From: Epiperipatus broadwayi
Lineage: Eukaryota > Animalia > Onychophora
Reading direction: 5' to 3'
NCBI GenBank assembly: GCA_028023455.1
Contig: JAQFVV010000003.1
Span: 19,964,001 to 20,028,000, forward strand
DNA length: 64,000 nucleotides
Below are positions 1 through 11,767 of the stretch, piece after piece. The notes under the pieces are model-generated. The model was not told where the DNA came from and ran no database searches. It saw only the letters and a program-made list of their open reading frames with translations. How positions within the stretch are numbered: position 1 is the stretch's first letter; each line of letters opens with the position of its first letter. The translations under genes and the position numbers were made by a program.

Positions 1-2360
1 AGTTGTATTATGTAAACACTCATGTACATGCTTATTTCCGAGTCAGTACTCTCTAATAAATGTATATTAGTAAGGTCATTTAGAAAGCATTAGCTTTAAA
101 TAAAAAATATAAAAAAATCCCTAACTAGACATAGCAATTAAAAAAATAAATATTTCACATACATATATAAAATAAAAGTAAACCTATTGTTTAATAACCA
201 TAGAAACTAACCAGGACTTGAACTTTAGAACTTGAAGATGATCTAGGTCAAGCATCTCCAAGCAACCCATTGTTCAAAAGATAAAAATTTATGATTCAAT
301 TACTTAATTGAAAACATTAACTAACTCAATTATTAATACATATAACCTCATAAAGAAAAAACAAAACAAAACACGTAGTACATTTTCTGAGGATTCGAAG
401 ATCAGAATCGCTAAAAAAGATGATTGACTAGGTCAAAGAAATTATTCATTTACATATCTCTTTGTCAATAAGAAATTCATCTATAAGATCACACATTTAT
501 ACCCAAGGGAGTTTTATATTAGTCAGTAACCCATTCAGGAGAAAATAAACATTATTAATTGTTAAAATTATAAAAGAATAGCAACACATTGTTCGAATAT
601 TATCAAAAGAGTAATTTTGTGCATGTTAACATATATATATTGCAGAAACGCATTTTAAAGTTTTTAACATTAAATAATTTATAAGCAAGAACTTATTAGA
701 AGAATAACTTTGCATCTGTTAATATATATTGCAGAACTACATTTTAAAAGCTTTTTAACAACTGTTAGCACATATATATCGCAGAACTGCATTTTAAAGC
801 TTTTTAACATTAAACAATTTATAAGCAAGAATATTTGAGTTATTTAAAGGCTATTCCAATGTTTTTCAGCTAAACAACTTGTTGTTGGAGATCTTGCGGA
901 GATGCTTATCAGAAGATGTAAATATTAATTCATCCATCAAATGCTCGATGCCAAAATTCTATAAAATGAGATTCTACTTTATTCTACTATATCAGCTTGC
1001 AGAGAATGGAAAGGATGCTACAAAAGGGCAGCACTTTACGAAACCTAATCGAGAGCACTCACTCTACCAATGCCTGAATTCCAGGAGGAATATGAATCTA
1101 CAAGATCACGAGACTTTGTTGTGAGGTATAAAAACATTTTATAGGACATGCTCAAAACAAAAGTGCTGTTCAAACCGTCCAAATGGACTGTCTGAATTCT
1201 AAACTTTATCCCTGAACAAGGGGAAGTATATGCCTAATTTAGATCGGTTTTACTTATCAAATCACGAAATGAAAAGGGAGATTTCAACTCATGGAGTGAA
1301 CAAATAATTTTATTTGAAATTAATAAAATTTAGGTTTCCCTTTCGAAACAAGCTTGACAGATTATCCAAATTAATATGGGAGTTAAGAATTTACTTTACC
1401 CACATTAAGAACACTCACTATGTAAAAGACAGAATTGTTTGTTAATTTGTTATACTAATTAATTAACCCTTTTTTTTTTTTTTTCGATATGAAAGCTAAT
1501 CTTTTTGAATGTATGTGCTTTACTGTCAACAGTAGATTATTAATATACTGGGGTTTCTTTTCCAAAAAAGATGGACTTTGTCAATTCGAACGAACTGCAC
1601 GGACACCACTCATTATACTACTGTTTGGGTTTAAATTTAAGCTTATTAGAATTTTTATGTTAAATTTTAATAAACTTATAAATATTTAAGTGTCAATGAT
1701 GTATACCTAACAGGGATAGAAAGAGGATGGTTTGAATTATTAATTATCTTATTAAATGTTAAAGATGCATGTCTGGCACTTATTAAATTGCTGTTAAGAT
1801 TCCAGTTTGAATAGTTCTTAATATTTCTTTGTTAAAATAAAATATGTTAAACTATTTTGAAACTTTAAAAAGTCTGATTTATCAAAACCATTCTATTTTA
1901 GGATAACCGTATATTGTTTAAATTACATACATACATACATACATACATATTTTTTTTCTCTGATTTATCAAAATCATTCTATTTTAGCATAATTACATAT
2001 TATTTAAATTATATGCACACACACATTCTTTTTCTTTGTATCATAATATTTTAGCAAGGTTGGTTGGAAAATTATTAATTCATTGCCCTTATATAGAAGA
2101 GAAAATATTGTTATGTATGTAGATTCACCCCTGAATAGTCAACCGCATAATGGAACGTGAAAGAGGTGTGTGGAGAGGGTGAACTGGTCTAAATTGTGTT
2201 CAGATTTAATGTGTAATTATTTGAGCTAGCCATTAGAGATGGATGCAATCATTGATAGGACTCTTCATCATATCATTCACAGCATGCTACAGGAAGACCC
2301 TTGCACCGACCATAGTAAGATGTGACTCTCCATTTCCTATATGGAAAATGGACAGTTACA
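1..2360 (+). mobile_element. 5' LTR of Gypsy element A (start just outside window, ~2.4 kb)
   Basis: Colinear with 6905-14855 once insertions are removed (181-330 vs 9241-9390: 11 mismatches in 150 bp). Ends GTTACA at 2360, followed 3 nt later by a PBS. Confidence 0.85.
625..836. repeat. Degenerate ~70 bp subrepeats (about 3 copies) within LTR A
   Basis: Recurrent motif atatatattgcagaa(ac/ct)gcattttaaag(c/t)ttttaac at ~625, ~720 and ~770; also present in the 3' LTR near 10420-10720. Confidence 0.7.
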
Positions 2361-2363
2361 TTT

Positions 2364-2381
2364 TGGTGCCCAACATGTGGC
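2364..2381 (+). promoter_or_regulatory. Primer binding site complementary to tRNA-Lys
   Basis: TGGTGCCCAACATGTGGC vs canonical Lys PBS TGGCGCCCAACGTGGGGC (15/18; two differences are CpG decay), adjacent to the LTR end. Confidence 0.85.
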
Positions 2382-3104
2382 ATGAAACAGGGCTTTATCA
2401 TGAACTCCAAATTCAATTTTTTTATATATGGTTTAACACCCAGATGGATCCAGCAGGATAACAACAGTGAATACAATCAACACGAAGAAATTCCAAATTA
2501 ATAATAACTCAACTATAAAATGATGAGGAAGTAATCAAAAAACCTCATCCACAATAATAAAATATTAACTGATAGTTCCCTATAAGATAATCAGAGACTT
2601 CAAATTAGTAAATAATCATGTAAATAAAATTTATAACATAAAAGAATCAGACGAATTGAACATCCTTAAAATGATTTAGGTATTAAAAATAAAACTTATT
2701 AATGAGATGAATTAAAAAAGCGTCAATGGTAAAGCTAAACACATGACCCCACGACAACTATTTATTATACTCAGAGAAACAAGAAATAGTTATACCCAAA
2801 ACAAACAAATTAAGACTTAGTTAAGTAGAAACAAAAAGTGCTTGGAGAAAATAGAAATGAGCATTCCAAAGAAACAATATTAAGCACTAGTAGTTATAAA
2901 AAAGGGGATCAGAATAGAGATATTGGGAAATGGTTGATACTGATCCAAGTGCTGGGAGTACCACTGGTCAAACTAAACATTCCATGCAGGCACACATCAC
3001 AGAGATGGTGATACCCCAAACCCAAAAAGCACTCAGAGGAGATAGCTCAACCAACAAGGATCGAAATAACCCAGAGTACCAAAGGCCCAATTGATATAAG
3101 AGCC

Positions 3105-5846
3105 ATGGGCGAAATGTTTCAAAGGTTTGTGCAAATAATGAAAGAAGAAATGGAAGCCCAGATGGGTCAAATAAAAGAAGAGTTGGGAGTTAAGATATAC
3201 CACAGGATGAACAGTTTGGAAAAGGCAGTAAATTGGAAAACATAAAATTGGAATTAAAGACAGAAGTTAAAGACCTCAAAATAGATTGTCACATGGTCTG
3301 AAACAGCTGTCCATAGGGTTGAACATCATGCAACTAGACCATTAGGACATGAGGCAAGCAATCGAGGAAATTAGAAGGGATGTCGAGAAAAAATATGTCA
3401 GATGCCGGCAGAGATTTAAAGAATTTCAGGTTAGCATAACTGATCAACTCTACACCAAATATGATGAAATATATCAAACCAGAAAAACATTTATGGTTGA
3501 AACATGTGTTGAACAGGACAAGCTGCAGACAAAAGGTACACAATGAAACACAAGAGGTGAACAATAAAATGGATCAATTGTATGCAAAACAAACTAGCAA
3601 TATGAAGATATGGGATAGGTCATTAGAGAAGATTGATACCAAGCTGAATAAGTTGGAAATCAGAATGACTTACACAAAGAATACCAAAGCTACTGAAAAG
3701 GCCAGACTCGAGAAACTGATAGAAAGCTCAGCTGAAATATGTGATCGATTGGACAGCTTGGATGAAACCCTCGATCAGAAACTTAAACTCAAGGAAGCCT
3801 AGCTATCTTATAGGACTCCAACCCTCATGAATCAACAAACTGATCCTCAACCTAAAACCCAATCTAATATGGAAGAGAACGACAGGGGAGGACACCTCAA
3901 AATTGCCATAAAGGATCCACAAAGACTAACAGACCCAAGCATGGATCTCTCTGTAAGTCAAACTAGATCCAACACAGAATTATCCTTTAAACTTTAGCCT
4001 TGAAGGAATAATCCCAGGCATATAGCATATCGATCAGTCTGACAACATAGTCCATACACCAATAAACCAGCAAAAAACAAATATGACATAAGCCCATACC
4101 ACACTGCCCAGTACCATTAATCAATTTGTGTGAGTGAAGGTGTTCAAAGTCAAAGGTGCTAAGAACAAAGCCCCCATCAAACATTTGAAGAGCCTACAAT
4201 TTATCTGAAGGGGAGAAAATCATAATTTAATAGTCACCTATGCTCACATGGTAGGAATCCTTATTTCAAATCCCAGCCACATTTGAGGATTACAAGTCCC
4301 TCCTAATCAAAAATTTTTGGATTAGAAAAAGATAGGAATTGTTGCTATACCAACTGTTTCAAGAGAAATACAAAGTGACACGAGGGGAAACACTCATAAA
4401 GTTCTTTTGTCGCCAGGTAACCAGGCTAAGAACCTTGAATACACTTGGGTCTCGTTTTATGTGGATTATTTTAATGCGATTTTGAAGTTATGCGGTTCAT
4501 GTTTCTTCTTAATATCTTTCATATTTCACTATATTTATTAGATATCAAAAAATTTAAATTATGAATAACTTATTTTCACTTGAAATACTTTTTTTTTCTT
4601 CAAAAATATAACATTATATTAGCAGCTAACATGAATATGCCTGAAGCTGTATTTAGAATTTAGCTTTTATGTAAATAACCTATTTATACTAATGAGTAAA
4701 TAATAATAATAATAGATTTATACTTACATATAAAAATATCGCTATAAATTTTCAAAAAATTTAAACTTTTAAAATGTATTTTGTTATATATGTATAACAG
4801 AAATAAATAATCTTTTAGATTTTTAAATAAAAAACGAAGATTTTATAAACTGAAAATAATCTTTCTAATGATAATGTATAATCTTTTTGTTTTGATTGCA
4901 ATTTCAATTTTTTAATATAGAAACAGAAAACCATTAACACAGTACAAGACTCCAAATGGCGTTAGTTGTACATCACACCATGAATAAAAATAAAGTGAGT
5001 AACAGGTTTCTCTGGGCATAATTGCTGAGAGATTCTTGACTTCATTTAAGGAGAAGCCACAATACATCACATCACATCGAGTCTGATTTCTTACCAGTTT
5101 ACAAACAAATGCTAGTGGTAATGATTAAAATATGTATGAAAAATGTAAAATTAATTACTGTAGCAATAAAAAAAAAGTAAAAAAAGTTTGTCTTGTATTA
5201 ATTTTTTTCAAATATTTGAAATAATTTTTCCTTGCTGCTTTGCTTTTATGCGAATTCTGAAAATTACAGCTCCTATCCCCCATTTTTCAAGGTAAATTAA
5301 GTCTATTTTTGTGCAATTTTTTTTAATGCGGGTTTTCTGTGGAACCTGTCTACCGCATAAAATAAGACCCAGGTGTACATATACCTGAGTGAGAGTGAAA
5401 TGATTAGAATTGTGAAGAGGAATTTACCCCTGAAAATGGAGCAGTCTGTCTTATGTACTAATGCAAGGAACATTAAGCAAATGGCAGAGTTGCTTGCTAA
5501 TAGACATGAACAACTCAAATTTATTCACCAGTCACCCAAAAAAAAAAGGACGGAAGAAATAACCGTAAATGCCATGTATAAAAGGTGGAAAAACAATATG
5601 AGCCCAAATCACTGGAAAGATAAAGTGGTAAAACCTAACTCTATAAACTGCTGCTCCCCAAAGGAACATCAAGACCAAAATGATATAATCTCAACCAGCC
5701 CTCCTAACAGCCCAAAGAAAACCCCAAAGCCAGGGTACATTAATTATGTACCCAAACCCTCCCTAAATCAAACTAAAAATATACTTGAGGGTGCATCCCT
5801 AACCTCAAGAGATAAAGGAACATCAAGGAACAATAATATAAAATGA
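3105..5846 (+). pseudogene. gag: Gypsy gag, frameshifted and interrupted by a MITE
   Basis: Coiled-coil N-terminal fragments (ORFs 3349 and 3461), capsid-like TFEDYKSLLIKNFW...YKVTRGETLIKFFCRQV near 4280-4420, resuming as YIYLSESEMIRIVKRNLP after the MITE (ORF 5373-5846). Confidence 0.75.
4442..5375. mobile_element. Non-autonomous Tc1/mariner-superfamily (pogo/Tigger-like) MITE, 934 bp
   Basis: TIRs CACTTGGGTCTCGTTTTATGTGG / CCGCATAAAATAAGACCCAGGTG; TA TSD at 4440-4441 and 5376-5377; removal rejoins gag (gaa TAC ata tac ctg). Confidence 0.9.
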
Positions 5847-5961
5847 TTCCCATGCAGATAAATCACCAAGCTAAGGTGTTCTTGGAAAAATAAGACCTTT
5901 AATTTTGTCATTAATAGACTTCCTGCATATGAACACATGCATTGTTGATTTCTCAAACAAA

Positions 5962-6005
5962 TTAGTTAGGGTAAATGATAAAGTTAGTTAGGGTAAATGA
6001 TGAAG
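5962..6005. repeat. 22 bp x2 tandem duplication near the gag/integrase deletion junction
   Basis: ttagttagggtaaatgataaag followed by ttagttagggtaaatgatgaag. Confidence 0.9.
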
Positions 6006-6095
6006 TTTTAGAGAAGACAGTGCCTCCATACTATATTATTCCAAAAATACCAACCACCAGTTGAGCTAGAACAATGTAATAGAGAAATTGACATT

Positions 6096-6361
6096 ATGAA
6101 CGTACTCCAACAATTGAGAGATAAATCAGAGTGGAGAAGCAAAAATAAACAAATTACCCACCTATTTACGATAGGAGATAAGGTCTTTATTAAAATCTTT
6201 AACCACAATAAACAAATATAGGGTATATATCAAAAATTTAACAGCTCTTATTGAGGACCGTTCGCTATCATAAAGCAGGCAGGTCCCAATGTCTTCTGGA
6301 TCAATATAAATGGAGGTAAAAGAATGCGAGAATTTTAAAGCCATATTTAGATCAACCATGA
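6096..6361 (+). pseudogene. pol: Gypsy integrase C-terminal (GPY/F) remnant
   Basis: Translates FTIGDKVFIK...KFNSSY*GPFAIIKQAGPNVFWI... then ILKPYLDQP* after a frameshift. Confidence 0.8.
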
Positions 6362-6410
6362 AGACCAGATTGTAATGCTTATAGTATGTATTAGAATTTC
6401 AGATTAAGTT

Positions 6411-6423
6411 AAAAAAGGGGAAA
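6411..6423 (+). promoter_or_regulatory. Polypurine-tract-like run
   Basis: AAAAAAGGGGAAA 50 bp after the integrase stop, but ~460 bp upstream of the inferred 3' LTR start. Confidence 0.4.
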
Positions 6424-7115
6424 CAAAATGAGGCTATTAATAGGAACATAGGGTAGGATATTTCAACGATAAGGGTATACCCCAACTGACAAGAAAAACT
6501 ACTTAGGGGATATTTCTAAGCCAACCAATAAGAAAATAATCCATACATTGAGATAAATATTCCATGATTCATGCATCCTTCAAAACAATCCATTAAGCCT
6601 CCAAAAGAGAGCAGGATGAAGAGGTAATTAAATCATACATGTACCCTCTACAATAGTCACACCATCGATTCAGTTCAACCCCTTTCATCATCTAAAAAAA
6701 CCCACCATCATGCCAATCTCATTCACAAATGGGTACCAAAAAAGGAAAATGAATAAATAGATTGTGAATACTTTAAATAACCTTGCATAAACCTTGTGTA
6801 GAATAACACATATCCAAGTTTGTACAAATATATACATATTTGGAGAATTGAAAATTTCCCAACTATATCAGAAAATATCAATCCTGTAAGGGTCACTTAC
6901 AACTTATGTAAACACTCAAGTATATGCTTATTTCCAAGTCAGTACTCTCTAATAAACAGCTTAACATATAAATAATTGAGGCCAACATAATATATCTAAA
7001 AAATTAACTTACATGTAAATTAGTAATGTCAATTAGAAAGCATTAGCTTTAAATAAAAAAAAATCCCTAACTAGAGATAACAATTAAAGATTAAATATTT
7101 CTCATATACATATAT

Positions 7116-9223
7116 TGTAGCGGGATATATATACATTACATTTAAATTTTGGTACTTAAATTTTTTTGTAGATATCTAATAATGAGCCAAATACACAGAT
7201 GTTCAAAATGCACAAATAATGAGTTATTTAATTTATTAATATGTTTCATTTAAATATTAAAAATAAAATAAGCTTAAAGAATTTATAGAATCAAAGCAAA
7301 GATTCTAATCTTAAAATAAAACAATGATAAAAACATTTTAATTTTAAAAATAACGAAGAGAGTTTTTAACAAAAATAAAATTACAAAAAGGTTCTTAGGG
7401 CAAAATAATCATTAAAAAGATTACTACAAAATAGATGAGTCAAGAGACAGAAACAAGACTTGCTTTTCCCGCCCAAGATATATACACAGACCAGAGGAAA
7501 AATCTACTTAACCACAGAACCAATTAAATACATCTATGAAATATGTCAGACGGATCCGAGCATTCCTAGATAAGACGCTTCAGAACTATAAAAGGAGAAA
7601 TTCAAAAGAATTAGAGGATTAGAATTTTTGGATTCATTTGTCGTCATTAAAAAAAGGTAAGAAACTTGAGTTATTGTTGCCGGTATCAAAATGTAATCTG
7701 TTTAATCGTGCTTCCCTCACACCGGCTAGCCAAAGGCAGATTTCATTTCCGTGTATCCCAGGATTGAACCACCGAAACCATCTTCATAAATCATCATTGT
7801 CTGCAACAAATGACTCCTGTGTAAACTAAGATCTTTATTGAAAAGGAACGAGCCCAGAGAAAGGAAAGTATAAATCATTAATGATAAAAATGAACTATAA
7901 ACTCTCTTTAATTAATTTAGAATCTCCGAACTTTATTTTCCTTTAAATATGAAGTATAGACTTTCTCACATGAGCAAATCTGAATGTTTTTTTTATAAAC
8001 TTTGCAAGTTTAAAAGTCTTATCTAAAAGTTAAAAATGTAATCTTTTTAAAATATGTATTATATATTTTTTATGCTTAATATAAGGTCTGTTGGTAATAG
8101 GGCAAGAGTTTGCGATTGCAAACAAATTTAAAGATAAAATCAATATATATCATTTGTGCATTATTGGATTTTAAAAATAGGTCAAATGCTTTATTTGATT
8201 TTAAAATTAGATACATATGTGATTTTAAAATAAGTTTATTACCTGAAACTAAATATTTAAAAAAAAAAAAAAAATTAAGTTATTAAATTGACTTAAATAT
8301 AAGTTGGGTGTAGATGGCTGCTTAGACTCATTTAAGAGTATGTTAGTTTAAAAGGGTTTTGATTTCAGACTATTTGTTTCGCAGTTGTGTCAATGCTGGT
8401 GGAGGAATATATGGATGTTTTATCTCAATGTAATGTGAAGTGTTAGAATAGAGGCAACGTGCCCAACTGAATGCATAACCCCAAAGCTGTACTCATTGTG
8501 TTGAAATGGATGTGGAGTACTTCCCACAACATTGACCTCTTTTAGCTCTATGGATTGGGACTATAAGTTGGCAAAATAGACCACTCTCCTATCCATACAT
8601 AGCATCCTCTTTAATATTTTATATACATGATTCCTTCACCAGACAGACACACATTCCTGTACTGGAATAAGGATCATGTCCTTTAAATAATATCATGCTG
8701 CAAACATTCCTGTCAGTGTGGTTTTATGCTAACATGTTCACATTGCATTGGTTGCGTCTATATATCGGGAAGCAAGCATTGGTGTGGCTGTGGACTTTTA
8801 GCCTGGAATCAAATGTTTTGAAAATCTTTTAAGCACGTAGTCTGGGTAACCTATCTATGCTCAACATTCTAAGATTAAAATTTAAAGTAAAAAAAAAAAA
8901 AGAAACCTAAAGCATTTTTTTTTAGTAATTTATTTTTCAAATTTGTTGTTATATATACATAAATAAGATCTTTTGTGTTATTAGTACTGGCAGCAATTTA
9001 GTTTTGTTTTTTTGTTATCTTTATTAAAAATATATTTTAATAAATATATTTTAAACTTCTGCTACTCCTTGAGCTAGTGGCAAGTGCTAACGGTCAATAT
9101 ATTGAGGTTGAATCTTTAACATTATGTATCTGCCTACTATATACATATTCCAGGTTCAAATGGCCTGGTGGCACCCTTTTACGGCAGATACGGCCTGACT
9201 CTAAATCTTACCCAACCATTATA
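7116..9223 (+). mobile_element. Solo-LTR-like insertion, 2108 bp
   Basis: Absent from the 5' LTR (empty site ~160-170). Begins TGTAG, ends TTATA (decayed TTACA); ATAT 4 bp TSD within a short AT repeat. Confidence 0.7.
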
Positions 9224-9396
9224 ATATATAAGATAAAATAAACCTATTGTTTAATAACCACAGAAACTAACAAGGACTTGAACTTTAGAACTTCAAAATG
9301 ATCTACATCAAGCATCTCCAAGCAATCCATTGTTCAAAAGATAAAAGTTTATGATTCAATTGCTTAATTGAAAACATTAACTAATTCAACAATTAA

Positions 9397-10129
9397 CTCG
9401 TTTTTAGACAGTCATGGTTAAAAACATGACAGACGTTGACAGACTTTCCATCGTTCAAATCCTGGCAATTTTAGACGGAAAATAAAGATTTTTACGTCAA
9501 TCGAGAGATTATACAAAGTTCCATAAGATCCTGCCCTCTCGTGAATTATTTTACAAGTAAAAAATCAATAAACTTGTCAGTTAAAGTTAAACAAAGAAGA
9601 GAGGTGGACTTATCTTAGATCTGATTGGCTAATAAATTTTGACAACAAAGAAAATCTCTTGTCAATAACGAAATCACTCCAATTTCTTTTATTTTATTTC
9701 GAAAGTGATAAACGAATGTTTTAGACTATTCTAAAAGGTTTTTTGACATATTATAAATTATTTTGAGAAAATATGCTAAAAAATAAAATTATTTTACAAA
9801 AATAGTTAAGATTTAGCAAAAATTATTTATTTTTCAGCACTGTAAAAAATCACTGATGTCAGACAATGTCAGCAACAGTTTTTAATTGGTGAGTAACGTT
9901 CGTTTAAAGATTTGCGTTATTGAATTTTTTTTAAATTTTAAACAAATATTTATTTTTGAAAAAACTTTCATAACATGACAAATTATTAATATACTTTTTA
10001 CAAACTAAACTAAAGTGAATATCATATTAAAAGATAAATATATTTTGACAATTGAGTTTGTAACTTGGCCAATTAAACATTTAAAGATTTTTCCTCACCC
10101 AGCCAATAAAATAATCAGCAATAAAGAGG
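9397..10129. mobile_element. TTAA-targeting non-autonomous DNA element (piggyBac/Kolobok-like), 733 bp
   Basis: TTAA at 9393-9396 and 10130-10133; single TTAA at the empty site (333-336) in the 5' LTR; TIRs weak. Confidence 0.65.
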
Positions 10130-10554
10130 TTAATATATATAGAAACCTCGTGAAAAATAAAAAATAAAAACATGTAATGCATTTTCTGAGGATTTGAAGA
10201 ATAGAATTGCTAAAAAAGATGATTGACTAAGTTAAAGGAATTATTCATTTACATACCCTTTGTCAACAAGAAATTCATCTATAAGATCGCAAATTTATAC
10301 CCAAGGGAGTTTTATATTAATCAGTAACCATTCAGAAGAAAATAAACATTATTATTAATTGTGAAAATTATAAGGAAATAGCAGCACATTGTTCGAACTT
10401 TATCAGAAGAGTAATTTTGCGTATGTTAACATATATATATTGCAGAATTGCATTTAAAAATTTTTAACATGAAATAATTTATAAGCAAGAACTTATTACA
10501 AGAATAAATTCATATCTGTTAATATATATATATAGCAGAACCACATTTTAAAGC

Positions 10555-10655
10555 TTTTTTTTTTTCATGTGTCATAGCATCAGCTGGGAAGCAAACCCAC
10601 TAACCCGGGACAACTGCTTGTAAGGCAGCTGTGCTGACCTCTCGACCACCAACGC
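10555..10655 (-). mobile_element. tRNA-Gly(TCC)-derived short SINE with poly(A) tail
   Basis: Minus strand GCGTTGGTGGTCGAGAGGTCAGCACAGCTGCCTTACAAGCAGTTGTCCCGGGTT...CCCAGCTGATGC + TATGACACATG + A11; resembles metazoan tRNA-Gly-TCC; absent from the 5' LTR. Confidence 0.85.
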
Positions 10656-11767
10656 TTGACGTTAAATAATTTATAAGCAAGAATATCAACACTTGACATT
10701 AAATAATTTATAAGCAAGAATATTTAAGTTATTTAAGGTTATTCCAATGTTTTTCGGCTAAGCAACTTGTTGTAAAGATCTTGTGTAGACGCTTATGAGA
10801 AGATATAAATATTAATTCATCCATCATTAACATGTCAAAATTCTATAAAATGAGATTCTACTTTAATTCCACTATATCAGCTTGCAGAGAATGGAATGGA
10901 TGCTACGAGACTTATGGAACCCAATTAACAGCACTCCCTTTACCAATGTCTGAATTCCAGAAGAAGTATACAAGATCAAGACACTTTGCTGTAAGGTATA
11001 GAAACATTTTATAGGACAATCTCAAGACAAAAGTGTTGTTCAAACCATTCAAATGAACTGTCTGAATTCTAAACTTTATCTCTGAACAATGGGGAAGCAT
11101 ATTCCTAATTTAGATCATTTTATTTATCAAAACATTAAATAAAAAGGGGGATTTCAACTCATGGGGTGAACAAATAATTTTATTTGAAATTAATAAAATT
11201 TGTATTTCCCTTCCAGAACAAGCTTAGCAGATCATCCAACTTAATATGATAGATAAAAATTTTCTTTATCCACATTAAGAATACTCACTATGTAAAAGAC
11301 AGAATTGTTTGTTAACTTGTTATACTAATTAACTAATCCTTTTTTTTTTTTTCTTTTTCGGTTTGAAAAAATAACCTTCTTGAATACATGTGTTTTACTA
11401 TCAACAGTAGATTATTTCTTTTCCAAGGAAGATGGACTTTGTCAGTTGGAACGAACTGCAAAGACACCACTCATTATACTACTATTGGGTTTAAATTTAA
11501 GCTTGTTAGAATTTTTATATTAAATTTTAATAAATTTGTAAATATTTAGTGTCAATGATGCATACTTAACAGGGATGGAAAGGGGATGGTTTGAATTATT
11601 AATTCTTATTTAATGTTAGAGATGCATGTCTGGCACTTATTAAATTGCTGTTAAGATTCCAGTTTGAATAGTTATTAATATTTCTTTGTTAAAATAAAAT
11701 ATGTTAAACTATTTTGAAACTTTAAAAAGTTTGATTTATCAAAATAATTCTATTTTAGTATAACTAC

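Noticed and set aside
10576-10655. Functional tRNA gene
   Set aside because: T-arm insertion, altered anticodon (TAC), broken acceptor stem, poly(A) tail and insertion into an LTR.
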